Source: Octopus sinensis (taxonomy: Eukaryota). From it: a DNA stretch of 64,000 nucleotides. Positions 53,604 to 64,000 of the stretch are shown here, piece by piece; position 1 is the stretch's first letter; each line of letters begins with the position of its first letter. The notes below the pieces were generated by a model. It did not search any database. It saw nothing but the letters and a program-made list of their open reading frames with translations, and was not told the origin of the DNA. The position numbers were made by a program, and so were the translations under genes. The stretch is taken from contig NC_042999.1 of the NCBI RefSeq assembly GCF_006345805.1, positions 15,996,001 to 16,060,000 on the forward strand. Reading direction: 5' to 3'.

Positions 53604-56117
53604 TGCCAGACCAACAAGGGGAAGCGGCTGACCTCCCCTGTTTGAGGGTTATAATGGACACAGGTTCGTGTGTCACATAGCTGGCCTCTTGGAGCTAATC
53701 AATGGCAGCATTCGTCCTATTGTTCTGGACTGCCATGTTAGCTTGGTGATAACTATTAACATATATATGGGGGTGGAGGTTTTAGTGTTTGTACTCCATT
53801 AACCCAGGGCTTGATAACTGGTGTTGGTTGTTTACAACCTAGTAACTTAGTGATTTGGCAAAAGAGTCCAATGGAATAGGTATTATATAAAACTGGAAAC
53901 AATTTGTTTGACTAAAATCCTTCAAGACAGAGCCCCAGCAAGGCCACAATCCAATGACTGAAACAAATATAAGATACAAAAATATCAAGGCCTACACTCT
54001 CCGGTTGCCATTTCTGAGAGAGTAGGTTGTGATTTGATTTGAAAGGAATTTGGCTGCTATTTCCAGCTGGTCAAACAACCACCTAGAGGCTTATTTGTCA
54101 TTGACTTACTGTTGAGATAACTTCAATTTATTTTGGTGAACTACAGATGGATATATTTGGTTTAATCTATTTATAGGTTCAAAAGAAACAATCTATTTTT
54201 GCCTGATCAGATGAAAGCTTGCTCTATATACTGCCAAGCTAGTGGCATATTAATGAGATTATTTTACATGTGATCACTAAGGAATATAATCCTGTAGTCA
54301 TATTCTTCAAAACTTCAATTCTTCTTACTTGTTTGGTTAAATAGTGACCAAGAATAACAAAAAAACAAAAAACAAACAAACACTGTTTATATGAATTCCT
54401 TACTCCAATTTTGATCAAATGTTCAAATTTGGTTTGTCTGAGTAAGAAATACTGGAATGTAGAATCTGCCATTGCTGGAGGTAAATTCATTCTGTATACA
54501 CCAGTGTTTTCACAATATAATCAAGCATTATTATATTAGGAAAGCAGGCTGGTGATTGGCAAAATGAAATGTGCCTGACAAAATGCCCCATATGCAATTA
54601 GCTTTATCACTCCATACCATTCTGAATTTAAATGCTGTCAGGTTCGACTTTTATCTTTGAAACAAATTAAGAACCAGTCAAATAATGAAACCAATTTAAT
54701 TAACTGTGTCCACCTTCAAAATATGTGTCCTTGTTCCATTGGAATGAAATACAAAGATTTCTTTCCTTTTTTTTCCGTATATAATTTTGTATTAATAAAA
54801 TGTAGCTTGGAGCACCTTGGTGACCCACAATTATATAGTCTTTATCTTCAGTCTACAGATTTGAAACATTAACCCAGAGACTCCCAGATAAATCTTTCTT
54901 TCTGGGTAGCTTTGCAAACTTCCAAGAGTTGGTCTTGTGTACACTTCTACAGACATGTATACACAGAAGTGTTTATTGCTGTTGTGGTTGTTGTTGCTAT
55001 GTTGCTTGACCCATTGCCACAACAGACCATACAAATCTCTAATGAAATGCATTCTAGTGGTGTTCAATTGCTATAATGTCCATGTTTTTTCATCATCATC
55101 ATCATCATCATCGTTTAGCGTCCGCTTTCCATGCTAGCATGGGTTGGACGGTTCAACTGGGGTCTGGGAAGCCAGAAGGCTGCACCAGGCCCAGTCTGAT
55201 CTGACAATGTTTCTATGGCTGGATGCCCTTCCCAATGCCAGCCACTCTGTGAGTGTGGTGGATGCTTTTACGTGCCAGACGAGGCTGGCAAACATCCACG
55301 ATCGGATGGTGCCTTTATGTGCCACCTGCACGAGGCCAGTCGGGGAAGTGCTGGCAACGGCCATGTTCAGATGGTTCTTTTACATACCACCGGCACTGGT
55401 ATCACAGCTGCAATTTCCATTGATGTTGATCGATTTCGATTTTGATTTTTTCCTTTTGTAAAATGATAAGGAGTTATTTAAACCTTTTAGCATTCAGACT
55501 AACCTGTCAAATGTTGTTGTGTTGTTGTGACCCCCTTTGGTCATGAATGACCATGGGATTAGACCTAGAAGGTTACCCTCCGAGGCACAAGTCTGAGCAA
55601 GGTTGTTTATGGAAGACCAGCAGTTGCCCAAACATACCAGCCTCCCCTCTCCATGCCACCGATGTTATCCAAGGGAACGGCAAAGGACGATACAGCTTGG
55701 CACCAGTGACATCGAACCATGAGGTTTGTAAGCAAGCTACATACCACACAGCCACTCCTACGCCTAGGATTATTTCAAGACACGAATAAGTAAGCATTAT
55801 ATTTGACAAAGTAATTTGAATGCTAAATGGTTAAGAGATTGTATAATCATTTATTGGTTTGTGTATGTGTAGGTTGCTAATTGACCATTTCCAAGCTTTC
55901 ATCAAATGCAAGATGGTTTTTGTTAGAGTAATTATATTCACAGCTGGATATTGTTTCTGCTACTGTTAAAGCCTCCAACAAAATGTGAAAAGGGTCTGTT
56001 TTTCAATTAGGCAATGTAAGCCGGCCTAGTTTTATATCTCGACTAAAATAACAATTAAGTGACAGTTAATGTACTGCAAATTAGGACAAGAATTATCATG
56101 CATACACATAAGCATAA

Positions 56118-56292
56118 GCGTAGGAGTGGCTGTGTGGTAAGAAGCTTGCTTACGAACCACATGGTTCCTGGTTCAGTCCCATTGCATGTCTTTTACTATA
56201 GCCTTGGGCCGACTGAAGCCTTGTGAGTGGATTTGGTAGATGGAAACTGAAAGAAGCCTGCCGTATATATGTATATATATATATAATATATA

Positions 56293-56338
<46 letters not shown>

Positions 56339-56560
56339 ATATGATTGTGTGTCTGTGTTTGTCTCCCCAACATCACTTGACAACGGATACTGGTGTGTTT
56401 ACATCCCCGTAACTTAGCGGTTCAGCAAAAAGAGACCGCTAGAATAAGTACTAGGCTTATAAATAATAAGTCCTGGGGTATATTTGCTCGACTAAAAAAA
56501 AAAGAAAGGCGGTGCTCCAGCATGTCCACAGTCAAATGATTGAAGCAAGTAAAAGAATAA
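56118..56560 (+). mobile_element. SINE S1
   Basis: A box TGGCTGTGTGG, B box GGTTCAGTCCC. Confidence 0.85.
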
Positions 56561-57133
56561 TATGCACAGATGCATGCATGCATGCATGCACACACACACA
56601 CACACACACATGCACACATACACATTCGCAAACATGTCCACAAATATGGATGTGCAGTTAGCATAATAGGTGCCTTCTCTCTTTTTCTCTCTCAGATACA
56701 CAACATATTGATGGTTGTTATAGAAAAAAAAATATGGTGGTCTTTTGCTTTAAGAACATAAAACTATGAAACTGAAAAACCAAACAAAATGAAGCCAGGA
56801 ATATGCAAACAACAAGCTTTATCTTCAGAGTAAATGCTTAAATTCTGGTTATTAAACATTAGTATTATAACAGATTCCTGTTTTCTTTTCTCTGACATAG
56901 TTAATACATGAAGGTTGCATTGCAGAAAACAAGAAAATTTTTTTCATAAAAAAGGAAGATAGATGCAAAAAAAATTACTGCAAATTGGCAATCCATTCCA
57001 AATTTCTCTTTCCTAAACTTTTAAATAATATTTTTGTCTTCATTTTGAAATGAGCTGTCAATTTGTAAATTACATTTGCATCTCTTTCTCTGCCTATCTG
57101 TCTGTCTAACTATCTGTCCACCCATCCATCTTC

Positions 57134-57188
<55 letters not shown>

Positions 57189-57425
57189 CAAAAAAGAAAT
57201 TTTTTTTCTTTCTGTGATACACGATGCCTTTTGGTTGCTTTTTTTTTTCCCGATCCCTTTTGATAGAAATTTTACATTTGTTTCCTTTTTTCTTTTTCCT
57301 TTTCCATCTTCGAAAAGAAAAGCTCTACATTTGTAATTGTCTCCTCTGTGTTCAGCCCTGTGTGGCCAATAAAGAAAGTTATCTACCTATTTCTGTCTCT
57401 CTATCTACCTATCTCTGTCTCTCTC

Positions 57426-57458
<33 letters not shown>

Positions 57459-57869
57459 ATCTGTATCTAATGGAGGGAATCAAGAGGTGGTATTCATCAA
57501 CTTTTAGACATTATATTATGTCTACTTATTTATTAAAAGACAAAACAATTACAACAACATACATACATGTATAACATATTATGCTTTACATATATAAAAA
57601 TACCAGTAATTATTAAAATGTATAATGCAGAACATAGAAAGTAGAATAGTTTCTTACAGCTGTTTCAGCCAAGAAGTCATAGTACCCTACTTTACTTCCT
57701 TCCCTTCAGTGAACTGAAGTATTTGGTAGGTAAGACTAAGGTACTTGGGTGTGCCTCTGGGCTTCATAAGAGAATTTAGAAAGTTCATAAGGTTAACTTA
57801 TAAATATAAATACATACATATATACCACTTTTACATATACATATACATAAATACATATCTATGCATTTA

Positions 57870-57923
<54 letters not shown>

Positions 57924-57964
57924 GCATACAAAGGAATCAATTATTAGTATTATTAGGTGTATTA

Positions 57965-58017
<53 letters not shown>

Positions 58018-58195
58018 TATTATTATTATCATTATTATTAGGTGTGTTATATTATTCTATTAGATAAAGTATAAACAGAGGAAAGAGAAAATTGTCAAAA
58101 GAGAAATAATAGTGGAATTTAAATAATCAATCTATCTAAGGTATACACACACACACACACACACATATATATGTGTGTATATATATATATATCTT

Positions 58196-58440
58196 AGAAG
58201 AAATGAGGTACTCAGAAATCCGGATGGTTTTATATTTACAGATATTTATTAGTATGTTACATGTTTTTATATATTCTAGTGGAGTCTTCAAATTGTACTC
58301 AGTTCAATTTGAAGACTCCACTAGAATGGACGAAAGCGCTAACATATGATATACGATATATGATTATAAAAAACATGTGACATATTAATAATATCTGTAA
58401 ATATAAAACGATCCGGATTTCTGAGTACCTCATTTCTTCT
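58196..58440. repeat. Fold-back with a hammerhead-like motif in the right arm (58309-58341)
   Basis: Arms AGAAATGAGGTACTCAGAAATCCGGAT / ATCCGGATTTCTGAGTACCTCATTTCT; motif TTGAAGA-cTCCA ctagaa TGGAc-GAAA-GCGC-TA. Confidence 0.8.
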
Positions 58441-58689
58441 CATATATAATACCTGTACATCATCGCCAAACCTTCAAATATATATATATATATCTATCTC
58501 TTATGATAAAAGGCAGATTTTCTCTGCCTCCCACATAGTTTGTTTTTAATACAATTGTACAATATAGAATTTCTTCAATTGGAATTTACCTATGATTTTT
58601 CAAAGTAGATTCGATTGGGTCATGGCATATAAAGTTTTTTTTCAATTTGACCCCCAATTAAGCAAAAATTCGAGAAAACTAAATATTTT

Positions 58690-58918
58690 ACGATTTGCCT
58701 CTCTAATTTCAACTGCTTCACTCCTTCTATTACCACACTTTCTCCTACTTTCTCTTTGCAAGTGTAACGATTTGCCTCTCTAATTTCAACTGCTTCACTC
58801 CTATTACCACACTTTCCTCCTACTTTCTCTTTGCAAGTGTAACGATTTGCCTCTCTAATTTCAACTGCTTCACTCATTCTATTACCACACTTTCTCCTAC
58901 TTTCTCTTTGCAAGTGTA
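58690..58918. repeat. ~76 bp tandem repeat, 3 copies, inside a possible Helitron-like element (58495-59100)
   Basis: ACGATTTGCCTCTCTAATTTCAACTGCTTCACTC...TTGCAAGTGTA repeated. Confidence 0.85.
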
Positions 58919-59179
58919 CCTTCAACCACTACTAAAAAAAATACACAGGAAACAGAAACAAATAAATACATAACGATTTACTCCTCACACAATTTCTTCA
59001 ATTGGAGTTTACCTATGATTTTTCGAAGTACATTCCATTCTATATTTTATAAATTAAAATTGGTTTTTAATTTACTTTCTGTCGCTAAGTTTTGGTAGTA
59101 TTAATTTGCGAGCGTACTTCAGTTCTCAATTGTTGAAAGAAAGAAATTGTAAGCTAAGAAGGTGTGTGTGTGTGTGTGC

Positions 59180-59228
<49 letters not shown>

Positions 59229-59265
59229 CGTGTGTGTGTGTGTGTGTCTGTGTGTGTGTGTGTGT

Positions 59266-59306
<41 letters not shown>

Positions 59307-59382
59307 TGTGTGTAGGAAGTGAAGGATAAAAATATGGCAAGAAGTGGACAGATGTACATATATACATCCATACATCCATACA

Positions 59383-59431
<49 letters not shown>

Positions 59432-59432
<1 letters not shown>

Positions 59433-59821
59433 CTCTCTCTATATAAGTTGAAGTTGTCTGTGTGTGCCAAGTTTGGTAACCTTCAACTAATACTATCTCC
59501 TCCGAGACCCTGCAGCGCAAGTTGACCAAAATTGAGAGTATGATAGAAGAAGGGTTGCTTTTCCTTCCGTAGAAGTTAAAATTCAAATCGGACCATGTTA
59601 ACACCAAAAATTATTTACATCAAAAAGGTGCTTTTTTGTATGAAAATCCCTATTTTTTATGATTTTTTCACTGCTGTGTCGCCACTTTTCGGTGTATTTC
59701 AACCAGAAAAATGTTAACTTGAAGAGAATAACAAGCTACATAATGCAAAATTTTTACTTTTCAAAAATTCCAATTCCAGCGGGTCGAAACAAACCCGAGC
59801 AACGCTGGGCGATACTGCTAG
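59432..59821 (+). mobile_element. Non-autonomous Helitron H1
   Basis: Homologous to 13900-14279; TC start, hairpin plus CTAG end. Confidence 0.85.
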
Positions 59822-59967
59822 TATATATATACGCACATATATATATATTTATGTACAACTATACTCATAGGTTCATACATATTTCATGTGTTGAGAGGGG
59901 AGGATTACTGTAGTAGTTTGTATTTTCCTTTTTATATAATTATAATAATTATACACAAACATATATA

Positions 59968-60336
59968 TCTCTCTATATATAAACGGCAGGTTGTCTGTGT
60001 GTGTGTCTGTGTGTCTGTTTGGTTGTACCCTCACCCTGACCACGGCTTTCAACCGATTCTGATGAAACTTGACACACACATAGCCCAATGTCATAATTCA
60101 AAACTAACGCAGCGAAAATTTTGAAAAGTTCCCCCAGTTCTGAAAAAAATCGATAAATTCGACATGGGATCGACAATCAGAAACACAAACCACAGACTGT
60201 CTAGGGGACGCAACTCGACCTTTTTAACTAAAAAAAATTTACCATCATTTTTTCCCCATTTTTTGGCTATAACTCTCTAAAAATATTTATAGTTATTTCC
60301 CTTACAAACCCGAGCAACGCCGGGCGATACTGCTAG
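59968..60336 (+). mobile_element. Non-autonomous Helitron H3
   Basis: TC start, distinct body, same 3' hairpin-CTAG end. Confidence 0.85.
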
Positions 60337-61019
60337 TATACATATAAACATGCGATATGTTTTCTATTGAGGGCTTGAGATAAAGGCTCACAATAAGTAG
60401 TAAGAGTTTATATTAATACCTGTGATATTAGTCGGTACTAAAAGTAATAAATTTCTGGGTATTAATCAAGATACTTAATAAAGTATTTTCTGTTACTTTT
60501 TGTTTATCAAGTTGCTGAAATCCTGTGGGAAGTGGGGGAGGGGGTTATGGTCAATCCCGTAATCTAATTGGTCATCTATTGTTTTGAAAGGCCATGACAT
60601 CATTAATGTTGGTTAATGGATAACCGATAACATAAACAACAAAGTAGGCAAAAATATACAAATGTATACAAATAAAAAAAAACCCAAATAATCCAAGGTT
60701 AACTATTAGTATTTCTCTTTTGATAATTTTCTCCCTCCTCTGTTTATACTTTATCTAATAAGAATAATATAATGCACCTAATAATAATAGTAATTGATTC
60801 CTTTGTATGCATATTCATATATATATATATAAATATATAGATATGTATTTATGTATATTTATGTAAATGTATGTAAATGCAAAAGTGTGTATATATGTAT
60901 GTATTTATATATATATATAGAGAGAGAGAGAGGGAGAAGAAAGAGATAAATAGATGGATGGATGGATAAAGAGTGGGTAGAGGCATAAGTTTCGTTTGGT
61001 ACCACACCACTTATTTTGA

Positions 61020-61622
61020 CTTGTGCCACTCCCAAACAGTTGAAGGAATCCAGGGTAAAGGTAGATCCAGGAAGACATGGGATGAGGTGGTCAAGCATGA
61101 CCTTCGAACGTTGGGCCTCACAGAGGCAATGATGAAAGACCGAGACCTCTGGAGATATGCTGTGACTGCGAAGACCCAGCAAATAAAGTGAGTTCACCAC
61201 TGTATTCTACCCCAGTTTCACATAACCAGCCCCAGCCCATTCAAAAGTACCCTGGATTGTAGGGCGACCTGCTGTGCTTGAGGAGACCTATTGAGTCAAG
61301 TACATTTACATCAAAATGAAAATTGAATGGAAATTGTAGTTGTGATACTTGTGCTGGCAGCACATAAAAAGTACCAACTGATCATGTCTGTTTCCCCCCC
61401 CCCGCCTGGCACCTGTGCCAGTGCAGTGGCATGTAAAAAGCACCCACTACACTCATGGAGTGGTTGGCATTAGGAAGGGCATCCAGCTGTTGAGACAGTG
61501 CTAGATCAGACGGGAGCCTGGTGCAGCCTCCTGGCTTCCCAGACCCTGGTCGAACCGTCCAACCCATGCTAGCATGGAAAATGGATGTTAAACGATGATA
61601 ATGAGGATGATGATGATGATGA
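61020..61622 (+). mobile_element. RTE-clade LINE 3' end (ORF C-terminus, 3' UTR and (GAT)n tail)
   Basis: VEGIQGKGRSRKTWDEVVKHDLRTLGLTEAMMKDRDLWRYAV..* fits the RTE G..GRP.K.W..D......DR..WR terminus. Confidence 0.85.
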
Positions 61623-62464
61623 ACATTCTGAAAACTACACATTGTTTTCAATAAAATTTTGCAGAGATAGGTTTTCAACGAAGTAGAAGGTGATTATTTT
61701 GAGAAAATTGAGAAAAGCATCATATCTTTATTTCGAATATACGAATGAGAAATTTCTTTTATTGAATTTTAATTCTAAGTTAATAAATACTTTTCTTTTT
61801 GAAAATCAGCACTCATTTCACTATTTTGTTTAAGCAATATGAAATTTGATATGAAATTATAATCATTGTATGTATTCCATATTTTCTGATATTACCCTTG
61901 GTAATACAAGTGTATTTCCAAAGCTACCTGTCATGTGACAAGTAGCAATTTAATATAAACGAACAAATGCAATAATTAATGGTCATGCTGAAGAAAATTA
62001 AACATGCATAATGAGCTGGAATTTGATCAACATGCAATTAGCAGACAACATATGCATATAAGTGACCTGAAGTCTATTTGCATAGAGAACTGAAATTTGA
62101 ACAACAAACTGTGTGCTAGCTACGCAGATGTATGCATAAATGTTGGAAGAGCTTACACGAACAGTATGCTAACTGAACTAATTGTAGAGCAAACAGCTCT
62201 TCTGAACAAAAAAATATATTTAGCCAATGTGCTGAAATTTGAACAACTGCAAGGAGACTGTACATGATTATAAGTGGGTAGGAAAGCATGTATAAATGGT
62301 TTGTTTACATCTATGTAGGTTGCAAATTTTCATATTTTATATAGAATATAATATTTTGCGTATTTTTTGCTAAAAACATAATCATGGACCGACAAAAACA
62401 AGACAAAGTCAAAAACATGTGCTCACATACTCACAGAAACACATTTGTGTACATATATATAAAC

Positions 62465-62508
<44 letters not shown>

Positions 62509-62553
62509 ATGATAAATCTCAGAGTGAGTTATAAACAGTAGCGGTAACACATC

Positions 62554-62847
62554 GTGACGCATATTTGCCATTTGAATATGGCTAACCCCTAAGGGTGGAT
62601 GCTACTGTAGTTTGTAGCCCCAGGAAGATATCTTCTCCAGCTGGCTATAGACACACTATCTGTGTCCTCTCAGTATTTGTGAAGGGAAGTCATCCTCCCC
62701 GTCTTCAACTCATGATACACAGAAATACTGAGAGGACACAGATAGTGTGTCTATAGCCAGCTGGAGGAGATATCTTCCTGGGGCTACAAACTACAGTAGC
62801 ATCCACCCTTAGGGGTTAGCCATATTCAAATGGCAAATATGCGTCAC
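62554..62847. repeat. Near-perfect fold-back, 125 bp arms, 44 nt spacer
   Basis: 62554-62678 versus 62723-62847, about one mismatch. Confidence 0.95.
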
Positions 62848-62986
62848 AATATCTTTAAATATATATATATATATACATATATATGTATACATATATATCA
62901 ATACATATATATGCATATAAGAATTTTTTGCGTAATAAGATAATAAACCAAGGCTGTATAGATATTAGAGCATTTGTAGATAGAAG

Positions 62987-63038
62987 GTCTTACAGCTGTT
63001 TCTAGGATATTAATTAATAATATCCCTTCATCGGAGAC
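62987..63038 (-). ncRNA. Minimal hammerhead motif (U4C core variant)
   Basis: GTCT-CCGATGA-AGGGATAT..ATATCCTA-GAAA-CAGCTG-TA-AGAC; stems I and II pair, stem III palindromic. Confidence 0.6.
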
Positions 63039-63561
63039 AGTGTGAGAGGAAAAATTTGAACCCTTTATTCACAATATTACCAAATCTGGAACTTAACTAT
63101 GGTCTGTCTATAGCACTTATTCAGCATTACCTAATACCTTTGGGTCTCAATGACACCATTATCTCTTATAACCTCAATATATATGCATATATATATATAT
63201 AATATATATATATACATACAAATAAAGGTTACAAGCCTCATTGAGGGATAGCAAAATCCTATGGAAGTTCTGGTTAGTTACCTGTACAGAGAGTGTTGAA
63301 CATTACAGATAATACTCAACTGCAAGATAACTATATAAACCATGATTTATATATATATTTATTTATTATAATCAGGTGAGAAAATAGAGAGGTAATTTAT
63401 AAAATTATTTATTAATTAAAAAATTCATAATTTTTTAAATCAATAAATAATAATTTTATTAATTACTTCTCTATTTACTTATTTTGTTATCATATATATA
63501 TATACATACTGGAACCAGTATAGTGTTATTGGACGCTCAGGAAAAGAAGGAAAGAAGGAGG

Positions 63562-63596
63562 GTTTAACGTTTCAAGCAGAGCTCTTCATCAGAAAC
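63562..63596 (-). ncRNA. Minimal hammerhead motif, canonical core
   Basis: GTTT-CTGATGA-aGAGC tct GCTT-GAAA-CG-TT-AAAC. Confidence 0.65.
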
Positions 63597-64000
63597 ATAG
63601 GAAAAGGAAAGATCCAAAGAAGGGAAGACGGAGGAAAAAAATCGCCAACGGTACACATGCGGTCATACACACATCATCATCATCATATTTGTGGAAGATA
63701 GTGGTGTCGTACAACTGGCACCTGTGTCACTCGCACGTAAAAGCACCAATTACACTCTCAGAGTGGTTGGCATTAGGAAGGGCATCTAGCCATAGAAACC
63801 ATGCCAAATCAGACTGGTGTCTGGTGCAGCCCCTCAGCTTACCAGTTCTGGTCAAACTGTACAGCCCATGCCAGCATGGACAATGAATGTTGAATGATGA
63901 TGATGATATATATGTATATATGTGTGTGTGTATGTATATAAATATATATATACATACACACATATATATATGCATATATATGTATGTGTGTATATATATA

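Noticed and set aside
56696-56830. Possible plus-strand exon after a pyrimidine tract and CAG
   Set aside because: No open frame through it and weak donor

Overview
AT-rich eukaryotic genomic DNA saturated with microsatellites ((TA)n, (CA)n, (TACA)n, (TCTA)n, (GA)n, (CAT)n). The repeat families resemble those of coleoid cephalopods, probably Octopus; this is an inference from recalled SINE/LINE families, not a database result. Almost all ORFs in the supplied track are microsatellite artefacts. The one convincing host coding segment is a minus-strand signal-peptide exon (5304-5214, phase-1 GTAAGT donor). It sits in a CpG-retaining region (~5-13 kb) that may also hold the 5' end of a divergent plus-strand transcript (putative donor 11420, putative exon from 16692). 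The rest looks intronic or intergenic and is filled with mobile DNA: four tRNA-headed SINE families, RTE-clade LINE 3' ends, a Hero-like LINE end, a rearranged Tc1 transposon, pogo-, piggyBac- and Merlin-like MITEs, non-autonomous Helitrons (one tandem trimer), and many Penelope-like (PLE) remnants. The most notable signal is a dense set of fold-back inverted repeats and about ten minimal hammerhead-ribozyme-like motifs. One element (14881-15322) joins a tRNA-type Pol III head to a hammerhead-bearing PLE-type terminal repeat with an inverted copy, i.e. a candidate Penelope-dependent, ribozyme-carrying SINE. All calls were made by eye and repeat boundaries are approximate.
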